Source of the DNA: Candidatus Woesearchaeota archaeon
GTDB lineage: Archaea > Nanobdellota > Nanobdellia > Woesearchaeales > ARS49
DNA length: 49,474 nucleotides
Reading direction: 5' to 3'
Assembly (NCBI GenBank): GCA_038850615.1
Contig: JAWCLR010000006.1
Span: forward strand, 1 to 49,474
Shown: positions 34,711 through 43,802 of the stretch, in pieces
How positions within the stretch are numbered: the first letter of the stretch is position 1
Layout: each line of letters begins with the position of its first letter
Notes under the pieces: model-generated
The model's input: only the letters and a program-made list of their open reading frames with translations
Databases searched by the model: none
What the model was told of the DNA's origin: nothing
Program-made: the position numbers and the translations under genes

Positions 34711-35892
34711 TCAGTCAAGCAAGTTTCCCCAATCGCCGTTGTCAACAGACGCTGAGGCGGTTATTTGCGGTCTTTCAACGCGCTGGAACTTGCCGCCCGT
34801 GAGCGTCTCCAGGTCCAGCGTCATCTGGATTTCGCGCTCAATGTTCTTGAGCAAGGGCTCATCCCTCATCGTGCAGAAGCTTATGGCATCCCCCTCCTCG
34901 CCCGCCCTTCCTGTTCTTCCGATGCGATGTATGTAGTCTTTCGGGTTCTTTGGCAGGTCATAATTGATGACGTGAGTGACGTCGTCAACATGCAACCCTC
35001 TCGCGGCAACATCTGTGCAGACGAGAATGTTGAATTTGCCATCCTGGAAGTCCTGCATTATGACATTCCTGCGCAATTGGCTCAGCGCGGAGTGCAAACT
35101 TCCGACCTTGAATCCTTTTTTCCTAAGAATCCTGCCCAACGAGTCAGCCCAGCTTTTTGTGTTGCAGAAAATCATTGCTTTCCTAACTTCAGACCTGCGA
35201 AGTATCTTCACAAGCGTGTTGAGTTTTTCCTTTTGATCAAGTCCGTAGCATACCTGCCTGATTTTCTTTACTGTTATTTCGTCCTGTTCAAGAATGATTT
35301 TTTTTGCGTCAGGCTTCATGCAGTCCTGAGTGAGCATTATTATTTCAGCAGGCATTGTTGCTGAGAAAAGCGCTGTCTGCCTGTTTTTTGGCGTTGCGCT
35401 GAGAATCCTGTGAACGTCTTCTATGAAGCCCATGTCAAGCATTCTGTCTGCCTCGTCAAGCACAACCCACCTGAGTTTGGAGAAATCTATTGTTCCGCGT
35501 TCCATATGGTCAAGAATCCTGCCTGGAGTTCCGACAACAATCTGCACTCCTTTCCGGAGTTTTTCTATCTGCGGGTTAATGCTTACCCCGCCATAGATCG
35601 TGATCGACTTGACGCCTTTGTCAAGCTTCCTGATTTCCTTCTCTGTTTGCAATGCCAATTCTCTTGTCGGCGCAAGAATCAACGCTTGCAATCCTGCAGG
35701 GTGCAAGTTCTGCATTATTGGCAGGAGGAATGCTATTGTTTTTCCTGAGCCTGTTTTTGAACGTACTATGATGTCCTTTCCTTCCATCATGACAGGAATG
35801 GTTTCTGCCTGGACTTTTGTGGGCTCTGTAATCTGCTGTTTCAGCAATGCCTCTACAAAATGAGGCTTTAAATTCATCTCTGTAAATTTCAT
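34711..35892 (-). CDS. DEAD-box ATP-dependent RNA helicase
   Basis: Q motif (TEPTKVQ), motif I SKTGSGKT, motif II VLDEADRM, SAT, and motif VI HRIGRTGRAG. The ATG at 35892 (MKFTEMNL) is the likely start; the ORF-track start at 35913 is a TTG. Confidence 0.92.
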   Translation of the reverse strand: MKFTEMNLKPHFVEALLKQQITEPTKVQAETIPVMMEGKDIIVRSKTGSGKTIAFLLPIMQNLHPAGLQALILAPTRELALQTEKEIRKLDKGVKSITIYGGVSINPQIEKLRKGVQIVVGTPGRILDHMERGTIDFSKLRWVVLDEADRMLDMGFIEDVHRILSATPKNRQTALFSATMPAEIIMLTQDCMKPDAKKIILEQDEITVKKIRQVCYGLDQKEKLNTLVKILRRSEVRKAMIFCNTKSWADSLGRILRKKGFKVGSLHSALSQLRRNVIMQDFQDGKFNILVCTDVAARGLHVDDVTHVINYDLPKNPKDYIHRIGRTGRAGEEGDAISFCTMRDEPLLKNIEREIQMTLDLETLTGGKFQRVERPQITASASVDNGDWGNLLD

Positions 35893-36084
35893 TTTCTGTT
35901 GCTCCGTAACCAATTTGCTCGGCTACTATCTTCTGTTTTAACAATGACAAAAGATAGACCCGAGAAGAAATCGCTCCTTCTCAAACACACTGCCCGTTGT
36001 CTTGCAGTGTGCTACCTTTTGTCTCTGTCACCCTTTAAAATATATACTCCAGTATATAAATGTATCGGTTTGGCTTTAAAAGCA

Positions 36085-36092
36085 TTTATAAA
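36085..36092 (+). promoter_or_regulatory. TATA box upstream of the disulfide oxidoreductase gene
   Basis: TTTATAAA ends 23 nt before the ATG at 36115. This supports that internal start. Confidence 0.45.
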
Positions 36093-36114
36093 CCCCACAT
36101 GCTCATTCAGGACT

Positions 36115-37482
36115 ATGGAAAAGAGGTTTGATGTAATAGTCATAGGTGCTGGTTCTGTCTGGATAATATCCTCAGAGCTTGCAAGCAGGGGTTTTAAGGT
36201 GGCGCTTGTTGAGAAAGACGCTTTCGGAGGCACTTGCTTAAACAGAGGGTGCATTCCAAGCAAGATGCTCCTCCGCAGTGCAGACGTTATGGACGAGATA
36301 AAGCGCGCTCAATTGCTTGGCATAAGTGCAAGGGTTGAAGAGGTTGATTGGAAGAAAATCATAAGCAGGGTAAACAGTTTTGTTGATGCAGAAGCAAGAG
36401 AATTGGAAAAAAGCAACAAAGCGGATAAAAACATCAAGGTCTACAAGGCGACTGCAAGGTTTGTCGGAAAAAAGAAGCTCAAGGTCGGAAATGACATAAT
36501 TACTGCTGACAAAATCTTTATTTGCGCAGGAACAAGGCCTTTTATTCCCCTGATTCCCGGGCTGGACGAGGTGAATTACATTACTTCTGATGAGGCAATG
36601 AGGCTGAAAAAACAGCCTAAAAGCATGATAATAATAGGTGGTGGATACATTGCTGCAGAACTGGCTCACTTCTTTGGCTCTCTGGGAACAAAAGTAACGA
36701 TTATTCAGCGCAGTAGCTGGTTGCTCACGAATGAGGATTCTGAGATTGCGCAGGCATTCACTAGAATATTCGCAAAGAAGCACAAGGTCTTGCTTGACAC
36801 AAACGTGGTTCGTGTTTTCAGGCAGGGCAAAAACATTTCTGTTGAGTGCGAGACAAAAGGAAAAAAGCAAATTGTTTCAGGCGAGCAGCTGTTGGTCGCG
36901 ACAGGAAGGGTTCCGAACACTGACATTCTTGACGTGGAAAAAACAGGCGTTGCAATGCATAAGCCTGGCTTCATAACAACAAACGCTTTTATGGAGACAA
37001 ACGTTCCGGGCATTTGGGCTATTGGCGACATTGCAGGCGTGTTTTTGTTCAAGCATTCCGCAAACCTTGAGGCATCATATGCTGTTTTTAATGCCCTTAA
37101 CCCGAAGCAAAAAATGCCTGTGCCTTATGATGCCATGCCTCACGCAATTTTTTCTTCCCCCCAGATTGCAGGTGTTGGCATGACAGAAGATGAGCTGAAA
37201 GAGAAAAAGATTCCTTATGTTGTTGGCAAGTACAAGTATTATGACACTGCTTATGGAAAGTCAATTGAGGACAAGGATGGATTTGTCAAGGCGCTTGTCC
37301 ACCCCAAGACAGGCGAGATTCTCGGCTGCCACATCCTCGGAAGCGACGCCTCAATCCTTATCCAGGAGGTTGTTGTTGCAATGAAGGCAAAGCTCGGAGT
37401 CAATGGAATTCTACAGGCAGTCCACGTTCACCCAGCACTCCCAGAAGTTGTTCAGCGGGCGTTCTCAAGCATAAAATTCTGA
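36115..37482 (+). CDS. Class I pyridine nucleotide-disulfide oxidoreductase (dihydrolipoamide dehydrogenase / glutathione- or mycothione-reductase-like)
   Basis: FAD fold DVIVIGAGS, redox-active disulfide GGTCLNRGCIPSK, NAD fold IIGGGYIAAE, and a C-terminal HVHPALPE dimerisation/His-Glu motif. The 72-codon upstream extension in the ORF track overlaps the helicase gene and was rejected. Confidence 0.85.
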   Translation: MEKRFDVIVIGAGSVWIISSELASRGFKVALVEKDAFGGTCLNRGCIPSKMLLRSADVMDEIKRAQLLGISARVEEVDWKKIISRVNSFVDAEARELEKSNKADKNIKVYKATARFVGKKKLKVGNDIITADKIFICAGTRPFIPLIPGLDEVNYITSDEAMRLKKQPKSMIIIGGGYIAAELAHFFGSLGTKVTIIQRSSWLLTNEDSEIAQAFTRIFAKKHKVLLDTNVVRVFRQGKNISVECETKGKKQIVSGEQLLVATGRVPNTDILDVEKTGVAMHKPGFITTNAFMETNVPGIWAIGDIAGVFLFKHSANLEASYAVFNALNPKQKMPVPYDAMPHAIFSSPQIAGVGMTEDELKEKKIPYVVGKYKYYDTAYGKSIEDKDGFVKALVHPKTGEILGCHILGSDASILIQEVVVAMKAKLGVNGILQAVHVHPALPEVVQRAFSSIKF

Positions 37483-37487
37483 TGAAG

Positions 37488-37496
37488 TTTTATAAA
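37488..37496 (+). promoter_or_regulatory. TATA box upstream of 37519 gene
   Basis: TTTTATAAA ends 23 nt before the ATG at 37519. Confidence 0.45.
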
Positions 37497-37518
37497 CATC
37501 AGAAACTAACATTATTGC

Positions 37519-38061
37519 ATGAATGAGCAGAGGCGGATTTCCATCAAGGACTGGCTTGAGACAGCTCCTGAGCCAATAAAGTACTGCATTATTGATGACA
37601 AGGCGTTTCTTGATGAAGGCACTGGCAAGTGCATAACAGACAAGTTCTGCCCTTACAGGCTTGCGAACAATATTTGCAGGAGGCACACCCAGAAGCCGAC
37701 AGGCGAAACAAGGGTGGTGATGGCGTCTGAACCCAAACAGGGAGTAACGATTGATGACTGCGCAAATAATGGACAGCAGTTTTACCGCAATGGGGTATGC
37801 ATTGCAGAACCTGCCTGCAGGTTCAAGACAGTGCTCACGTTCAGGGTTTCAAGCGACCCTTCAAGGAAATACTCAAAGTGCCTTAAGTATTATCCGACTG
37901 CAATGTGCGCCAGCGGGAAAAAATTCATGTTCCATAACGGCGTGTGCCTTGCAACAGGATTCCTTGAATGCCAGTACCAGTGGAAGGAAATAACAACTGC
38001 AGTCGGGGAAGAGGGCAACAGAGAACTGGCTTATTGTTGCAAGTTCAACAAGTTCGAGTGA
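37519..38061 (+). CDS. Cys-rich hypothetical protein (14 Cys, no signal peptide)
   Basis: 180-aa ORF with an internally repeated module (NGQQFYRNGVCIAEPAC / SGKKFMFHNGVCLATGFLEC). No known family was recognised. Confidence 0.55.
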   Translation: MNEQRRISIKDWLETAPEPIKYCIIDDKAFLDEGTGKCITDKFCPYRLANNICRRHTQKPTGETRVVMASEPKQGVTIDDCANNGQQFYRNGVCIAEPACRFKTVLTFRVSSDPSRKYSKCLKYYPTAMCASGKKFMFHNGVCLATGFLECQYQWKEITTAVGEEGNRELAYCCKFNKFE

Positions 38062-38201
38062 GTTCTGCAGGCTCCTTGACATAAGATGTATATACAAAGG
38101 ATTAAGAAATTCCGAATGCTTGTTCTGCATTCTGTGAAACACGAAGCGTGCTTTCAATACAAAGACAAAACACAATTAGTAACCCCTATTGAGTGGTAAA
38201 A

Positions 38202-38787
38202 ATGGAAAGCTTTATAAGCGCTAACACAATGTCATTGTCTGAAGAGGAGTGTGACGGACTGGCAAAAGTGCTCAATGCAATTGAGTCAGCCCGCCAGACT
38301 ATTCGGGGGTAAACAATCACTATGTTGAGCTTGCCAAGAAATTTGCAAGAGACGCGTTCAGGGCTCTTGTCCTGCACCAACAACCAGAAAGACCCTGGCT
38401 TGAGAACCACCCTGACCTCTCAGCATTCCAGGGTGCATACTCAAGGGCAGTGCAGCGCACCTTGAAAGCCATTTCAGGACTAACAGGAAATGCTATGGGG
38501 TCAACTTCAACAGCGTGCTCAGGCACTACCAGCACTCAATCCCGGGTTTTGTCACAGTCTTCCCAATCATTGAAGAACCAACAGAGAAAAGGCCGCTTGA
38601 GGACGCGCTTGGCAAGGCATATGACCAGCTTCCTGGTTTTGTTCGCGTCCAAGGAACAGGCAGCCACAGCGGAGGAAGCACAGGCAAGCCCAGCAGTAAA
38701 AGACAAAAGTCACTGGAGGAGCAGGGGGAAGAAGAGAACATAAAGCGCCAAAACCACTGCAGGATGGCGCAAGCAGTGCTTGATTAA
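38202..38787 (+). pseudogene. Hypothetical gene split over three frames by two -1 shifts at G-runs
   Basis: Frame 0: MESFISANTMSLSEEECDGLAKVLNAIESARQTIRG, stop at 38310. Frame -1 continues VNNHYVELAKKFARDAFRALVLHQQPERPWLENHPDLSAFQGAYSRAVQRTLKAISGLTGNAMG. A further -1 continues VNFNSVLRHYQHSIPGFVTVFPIIEEPTEKRPLEDALGKAYDQLPGFV... to 38787. The junctions coincide with GGGGG (38305-38309) and GGGG (38497-38500). Confidence 0.45.
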
Positions 38788-38842
38788 GTCGATTCTTTTT
38801 TTGTTAAGACTGGTTTGGATTTTTATCATTTTTTAATACAAA

Positions 38843-39670
38843 ATGGCAGGTATTGATAGGTCCTGCAAGAATCTGGTGGCAAACACCGCTATGCAAGAAG
38901 TGAGAGTGACTGCACAGATTTTTAAGTGTGGAGCGATGATGTGTTTCTGTATGAATGCATTTCCTAACCTTAAATACGTGTATGGGACTGATGCAAGGTC
39001 GCCAAACCTTGACATTTCAATCAAATGCACAAACCGCTGTGTTTTTTGCTCGAGGCGTGAAAACTCAGGCAGATTCTTGTATCACAGAAATTTGAATTAT
39101 GGGGAAGAAGAGCCTGACAAAAAGCAGGTAATGGAAGAAATTAAGAGGGCAATTGATTGTAATCCTGTGAGTGAAGTCTGGATAACAGGGCTTGGGGAAC
39201 CTTTGTTAAGGCTGGAAGACGCAGTGCTGGACTTAATTCCAAGAATAAAGGGTTATGATCCTCGCGTGAGGGTGGGCATAATAACAAATGGTCATGCAGG
39301 AATGGTTTTTGAGAAAAAAGGTGGAAGCGATTATGTCGCGCAAAGCCTCAAAAAAGCAGGTCTGTGGCGAATAATTGTGAGCCTAAATGCTGAAACTGCA
39401 GAAAAATACGGCAGATTATGCGTTCCTGATGGGCGTATGCTTGGGAACAGGACGGTTGAGCAAATATATGAGGGAATAACAGATTTCATAATTAGTTGCA
39501 AGAATGCAAAACTGGAAACAAGGGTTTCAATCGTTGACAAATTGCCGCCTGACCTGATTGATGCGCAATACCATCCTGATGTTAATGCCTGCAGGGAATT
39601 GGTCAGAAAGCTTTTGGGAATGGACGCCCTCAACGTAATACCCTTTGCATGTTCAAGAAAGTTCTGGTAA
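38843..39670 (+). CDS. Radical SAM protein
   Basis: CTNRCVFCSRR (CxxxCxxC cluster motif), ITGLGEPLL (SAM-binding GGE-like motif) and IITNGH. The subfamily was not recognised. Confidence 0.8.
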   Translation: MAGIDRSCKNLVANTAMQEVRVTAQIFKCGAMMCFCMNAFPNLKYVYGTDARSPNLDISIKCTNRCVFCSRRENSGRFLYHRNLNYGEEEPDKKQVMEEIKRAIDCNPVSEVWITGLGEPLLRLEDAVLDLIPRIKGYDPRVRVGIITNGHAGMVFEKKGGSDYVAQSLKKAGLWRIIVSLNAETAEKYGRLCVPDGRMLGNRTVEQIYEGITDFIISCKNAKLETRVSIVDKLPPDLIDAQYHPDVNACRELVRKLLGMDALNVIPFACSRKFW

Positions 39671-39730
39671 AATAAAAAAAGCGCCAGCGCAGGGGCAGTG
39701 GAAACCGGCTACAATTGACTGAGTCCGATT

Positions 39731-41008
39731 TTATTTTTGGATTGGTTTGGAGTTTTTTATTTCCCTTTTCAATGCAAAGAACAAAGGTATTGACATAAGC
39801 TCAATGCAGACTAATGCTGATATCATCAAAGTGATGGAAATATCGTATAGGTATCCTGCAAGAAAGCTGCCGGCAAACAATGCCAGCCCATAGGTTATGT
39901 TGAAAATGCCGTAAGCCGTGCCGCGTTTGGTTATGGGTGTCAAGTCTGCAATTGCTGCCTTCATTATTGTTTCGTGGCTGCCCATCACTACACCCCACAA
40001 GAATACGGCTATCCATATGAATGCCTTGTTTTGCGAGAAAGCAAATGGTAAAAGAACGGCAGTGATTATTGGCATAAACAACAGGACTAACAGCCCCGCA
40101 CGCTCATTTTTATGTTTTAGTTTCAGATTATCGTACATTTTTCCCACAATTATTCCGCACACGGCATCCACAATCATTGCAATGGCATAAAAGAATGGTA
40201 TTTGGGCGTCTGGCACGATTCTGTTCGTTTTCAAGTGATAGCCCATGATTGCGAAGCTGATGAAACCGGCTGCGGTAAAAAATGCAAAAAGAGAATACAG
40301 CCAGAAGACTTTTGACAGTCCTGCGGATTTCTTTTTCTTTGTTATTGCTTCTTCAAGCTTGCTGGGGGTTCTGAACTTCAGGAAAGTTGCGAACAGGACA
40401 AGCAAAAGCAGAATGAATGGTATCCAGAGCAGAGCAAAACCTTGCTGGTATTCAGAAACTGTTTTTTGCGCAGGTCCCAAGTAAATGAAGAAAAAAGTGA
40501 ATGCCAAGGGCCCGATTACTGCGCCGATCTGGTCAAGAAATTCAGAGATTCCAAACCCAAGCCCGGTTCCTACCTGTTTGGCTGCGTGGGAAACCAACGT
40601 GTCTTTTGCAGGGCCTCTTAAGCCCTTTCCAATTCTTTCAAGAATCAGGAAAACTGCTGCCAACTGCCAATAGTCTGACAATGCCAATAATGGGACAGAT
40701 ATGAGCAAACCATAACCCAGTATTGTGAAAAACCAGTGCGCTTTTGTTTTGTCAGAAAAATATCCCGAAACCAGCCTGATTGCGTATCCTAACAATTCCC
40801 CAACACCCACAACAAAACCAAGAATTGCCGCATTAGCCCCCAATGTTCTTAGAAATGGTCCATTGACGCTTCTTGCCCCCTCATAAATAATGTCTCCAAG
40901 CAGGCTTATTATGCCAAAAAGAAGCAATAGAATAATCGCATTCCTTTTGTTCTCACTAAAATTACTGAAATGATTTTTAATCATATCCCTTTGTTTCAAT
41001 TGATTCAT
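39731..41008 (-). CDS. MFS-type transporter
   Basis: About 12 hydrophobic helices in a 6+6 arrangement with a central loop (KFRTPSKLEEAITKKKKSAG). The ORF-track N-terminal 40 aa is unlikely; ATG 41008 or 40984 are the probable starts. Confidence 0.7.
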   Translation of the reverse strand: MNQLKQRDMIKNHFSNFSENKRNAIILLLLFGIISLLGDIIYEGARSVNGPFLRTLGANAAILGFVVGVGELLGYAIRLVSGYFSDKTKAHWFFTILGYGLLISVPLLALSDYWQLAAVFLILERIGKGLRGPAKDTLVSHAAKQVGTGLGFGISEFLDQIGAVIGPLAFTFFFIYLGPAQKTVSEYQQGFALLWIPFILLLLVLFATFLKFRTPSKLEEAITKKKKSAGLSKVFWLYSLFAFFTAAGFISFAIMGYHLKTNRIVPDAQIPFFYAIAMIVDAVCGIIVGKMYDNLKLKHKNERAGLLVLLFMPIITAVLLPFAFSQNKAFIWIAVFLWGVVMGSHETIMKAAIADLTPITKRGTAYGIFNITYGLALFAGSFLAGYLYDISITLMISALVCIELMSIPLFFALKREIKNSKPIQK

Positions 41009-41223
41009 ATTTAAATTTGCCTTAAAAACCGGCGAGTAAACGCACAACAAGGGTGTTCTCTTCAAGAAGAAACCAACATTCCCGCAGTCGGGCGGCGGCA
41101 AATCGGCTACAGACAGGCTGCTAAACAAATTACTTCTTTTCCAGCAAATTGCACTCGCAGCGTCTTAAAACGAAATATTTATAAATATTGATGTTTGTCA
41201 ATATGTCAAGCGAGGTGATTGCG

Positions 41224-41493
41224 ATGAAAGTGCTTAAGTTTGGCGCTGAATGGTGCTCTGGCTGCGTGGTTATGAGGCCCAGGTGGCAGGAGATTGAAAA
41301 AGAAAACCCGTGGCTAAAGACAGAATATCATGATTATGACAAGGACAAGGAAGCAGTCAAGAAATGGAAGATTGACAAGAACCTGCCAACTTTTGTTTTC
41401 CTTGACAAGAACAACAAGGAAATACTGAGGCTTCATGGCGAGCCCTCAAAAGAGGAACTGCTGAGAATAATTAACGAAAACAAGGACAAGTGA
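41224..41493 (+). CDS. Thioredoxin-like protein (WCSGC active site)
   Basis: MKVLKFGAEWCSGCVVMRPRW...LPTFVFL. A GAGGTGA Shine-Dalgarno lies 7 nt upstream of the ATG at 41224, and TTTATAAA is at 41178-41185. Confidence 0.8.
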   Translation: MKVLKFGAEWCSGCVVMRPRWQEIEKENPWLKTEYHDYDKDKEAVKKWKIDKNLPTFVFLDKNNKEILRLHGEPSKEELLRIINENKDK

Positions 41494-41497
41494 TGCG

Positions 41498-42688
41498 ATG
41501 AGGAAAATCGTTTGTTTTGTTTTATTGGGGTTGTTATTCCTGTCAGCAATTCCTGTTTTTGCGCAGGAAAATGATGATGAAGTAAATATTTATCTGTTCT
41601 GGACTGATGGATGCCCGCATTGCAGTGCAGAAAAGGCATTTCTGGAAAAGCTTGCACAAAAATATCCTGGCTTAAACGTGCACTTGCTTGAAATATCAGA
41701 CAGGAAGAATGCTGAATTGTTGGGAAGAATTGCGAAAGAGTTTGGTGTTGAGGTTTCAGGAGTGCCTTTCACAGTAGTTGGAGAACAATACTTTATAGGC
41801 TGGCTTAGTGAGGAAACAACTGGCAAGGCTGTTGAGGATGCTGTCCTTTGCGTGATTGCAAACCACTGCCCTGACAAAGTCAGCGGATTAGTTACGCAAA
41901 TAACCCCTGAAGAACAGCCTTTGAAGAAAAAGGCAATTCCTGAAAAATTAAGCTTCCCGCTAATAGGAGAGATTGAAACAAAGAATCTTTCATTGCCTGT
42001 GTTGACTTTGCTTATTGCTTTTCTTGACGGCTTTAATCCCTGCGCGATGTGGGTTTTGCTGTTCCTTGTTTCTTTGCTTTTTGGAATGCACGAAAAAAGG
42101 AAGATGTGGCTCTTTGGCTCAATATTCCTTGCGGTTTCTGCACTTGTTTATTTTATGTTCATGGCTGCGTGGCTTAACCTGTTCATTTTTTTGGGTTTTG
42201 TTTTTTGGGTGAGGCTTGGAATTGGTGGTGTTGCATTGTATTCAGGATATTCCAACCTGAAGGAATACATCACAAACCCTTATGGTGGCTGCAAGGTTGT
42301 TGGCGAGAAGAAAAGGCAGAAGGTTTTTGAAAGCCTGAAAAGGATAATTCAGGAGAAAAAATTGATTTTTGCAATTGTCGGGCTTGTCCTGCTGGCTTTT
42401 GCAGTCAATCTTGTAGAGCTTGTCTGCTCGCTTGGCCTGCCTGCAGTTTACACGCAGATTCTTTCACTAAGCAACCTTAGCACGTGGCAGTATTATGCAT
42501 ACCTTGTATTCTATGTCCTCGTATTCATACTGCCTGCGTTCGTGGTGTTTTTTATTGCTGCCACAACACTGCACATTACTGCAATTTCCACAAAGTATGG
42601 CAGGCTCTGCCACCTTGTCGGTGGAATAATAATGCTGGTTATTGGACTGCTGATGATTTTCAAGCCTGAATGGCTGATGTTCGGATGA
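41498..42688 (+). CDS. Secreted thioredoxin/glutaredoxin-fold domain (CPHC) fused to a polytopic Cys-containing membrane domain (DsbD/CcdA-like electron-transfer architecture)
   Basis: A signal peptide, then YLFWTDGCPHCSAEKAFLEKL. Roughly 6-7 TM helices follow, with FLDGFNPCAMWVL and LVELVCSLGLPAVYT. Confidence 0.7.
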   Translation: MRKIVCFVLLGLLFLSAIPVFAQENDDEVNIYLFWTDGCPHCSAEKAFLEKLAQKYPGLNVHLLEISDRKNAELLGRIAKEFGVEVSGVPFTVVGEQYFIGWLSEETTGKAVEDAVLCVIANHCPDKVSGLVTQITPEEQPLKKKAIPEKLSFPLIGEIETKNLSLPVLTLLIAFLDGFNPCAMWVLLFLVSLLFGMHEKRKMWLFGSIFLAVSALVYFMFMAAWLNLFIFLGFVFWVRLGIGGVALYSGYSNLKEYITNPYGGCKVVGEKKRQKVFESLKRIIQEKKLIFAIVGLVLLAFAVNLVELVCSLGLPAVYTQILSLSNLSTWQYYAYLVFYVLVFILPAFVVFFIAATTLHITAISTKYGRLCHLVGGIIMLVIGLLMIFKPEWLMFG

Positions 42689-43023
42689 CCCTTGCGAAAA
42701 CAAGCGTATTGGGATTGTTGAAAGCATTGTCTGATGAGACTCGGCTTAAAATAATTGAGTTGCTGCTTGACGGCAAGAAGTGTGTTTGCGAGATTTTTCC
42801 CCGCGTCAACAAAACCCAGTCAACAGTCTCTATTCATCTTGGAAAGCTTGAAAAGGCAGGCATTCTAGAATCAAAAAGAATAGGCAAGAAAATATTTTAT
42901 GGCATAAAGGATTCAAGAGTTTGTGATATTTTCAAGGCAGTGGGTCATCCAAGAGGAAAAATCCTGAAAGAAACCTGCTGTATGCGCGGAGGATGCAAAA
43001 ATGGAAGAACAAAACAAAACTGA
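42685..43023 (+). CDS. ArsR/SmtB-family metalloregulatory transcription factor
   Basis: LKALSDETRLKIIELLLDGKKCVCEIFPRVNKTQSTVSIHLGKLEKAGIL is a winged HTH with a CVC metal site. ATGA overlap with the upstream stop. Confidence 0.88.
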   Translation: MTLAKTSVLGLLKALSDETRLKIIELLLDGKKCVCEIFPRVNKTQSTVSIHLGKLEKAGILESKRIGKKIFYGIKDSRVCDIFKAVGHPRGKILKETCCMRGGCKNGRTKQN

Positions 43024-43129
43024 GGAAGAATCAAAGGAATGTGCAGAGCCCTGTTGCGCCTGTTCACCGGAGTGTAAGCCAAAACCGAAAAAAACAGAGT
43101 TCAAATGCGGTTGTGGAGGCGATTGTTAA
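43001..43129 (+). CDS. Cys-rich micro-protein (42 aa, 8 Cys), metallothionein-like
   Basis: Not in the ORF track. My translation reads MEEQNKTEEESKECAEPCCACSPECKPKPKKTEFKCGCGGDC. It fits exactly between arsR (23-nt overlap) and the next gene (1-nt gap). Confidence 0.5.
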   Translation: MEEQNKTEEESKECAEPCCACSPECKPKPKKTEFKCGCGGDC

Positions 43130-43130
43130 A

Positions 43131-43361
43131 ATGATTATCAGCATATTAGGAACAGGGTGCCCGAAATGCAAGGAATTGGAGGCAAATGCCAGAAAGGCAG
43201 TGGAGGAATTAAAGATAAAAGCGGAGATTGAGAAAGTGACTGATGTTGGTGAGATTGTTGATTACGGCGTCATGTCCACTCCCGCAATAGTCATTGACGG
43301 CGAAGTCAAGGCTTCTGGCAGGATACCAACTGTTGAGGAGATTAAAGAGTGGCTGAAATGA
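43131..43361 (+). CDS. Small thioredoxin-fold protein (redox-active disulfide protein 2 / Thioredoxin_3 type)
   Basis: MIISILGTGCPKCKELEANARKAVEEL...STPAIVIDGEV is a 76-aa protein with a CPKC site. The ORF-track 46-aa N-terminal extension was rejected. Confidence 0.85.
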   Translation: MIISILGTGCPKCKELEANARKAVEELKIKAEIEKVTDVGEIVDYGVMSTPAIVIDGEVKASGRIPTVEEIKEWLK

Positions 43362-43801
43362 GCAAGCTTTACTTTGTTTTGGCTGTTTTGGCATTGCTTG
43401 TTGCGGGCTGCTCAGGCGGTTCGCAAATCAGCGAAAGCGCTGTTGCAGATGCAGAGCACCCTGTTAAAAAGCTCGAGGTTTATCATTTTCACGGGACACA
43501 CCAGTGCTATTCGTGCATAACTGTTGGTGATTATGCAGAAGAGACTGTGAAGACTTATTTTGCTGATGAGCTCGCGTCGGGAAAGATTGTTTTTGGTCAC
43601 ATTAATGGTGAACTGCCTGAAAACAGGGACTTGGTAGTCAAATACGGTGTTACGAGCGCATCATTGTGGCTGGGAACATACACAAAAGACGGCAATTTCT
43701 CTGCAGAACAAAATACCAATGTATGGTACAAAATAAGCAACAAGCAGGAATACATGAACTATCTTAAGGGTGTTATTGAGCAAAAACTGGCAGGAAAATA
43801 A
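43358..43801 (+). CDS. Lipoprotein with HxxxCxxC motif (thioredoxin-like; resembles ArsF-type proteins from memory)
   Basis: MSKLYFVLAVLALLVAGC lipobox, then YHFHGTHQCYSCITVG. ATGA overlap with the upstream stop. Confidence 0.65.
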   Translation: MSKLYFVLAVLALLVAGCSGGSQISESAVADAEHPVKKLEVYHFHGTHQCYSCITVGDYAEETVKTYFADELASGKIVFGHINGELPENRDLVVKYGVTSASLWLGTYTKDGNFSAEQNTNVWYKISNKQEYMNYLKGVIEQKLAGK

Positions 43802-43802
43802 T

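Noticed and set aside
35899-36114. 72-codon N-terminal extension of the disulfide oxidoreductase ORF
   Set aside because: It overlaps the divergent DEAD-box gene start. The FAD-binding fold begins right after ATG 36115. A TTTATAAA box sits 23 nt upstream of 36115, inside the supposed extension.
38186-38535. Minus-strand ORFs 38186..38410 and 38320..38535
   Set aside because: They lie antisense to the more protein-like plus-strand segments of the frameshifted gene, and they overlap each other.
42993-43130. N-terminal 46 codons of ORF 42993..43361
   Set aside because: The peptide is basic low-complexity sequence (MQKWKNKTKLRKNQRN...). The thioredoxin-fold family starts at MIISILGTGCPKC (ATG 43131). 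The stretch is better explained by the separate Cys-rich micro-ORF in another frame.
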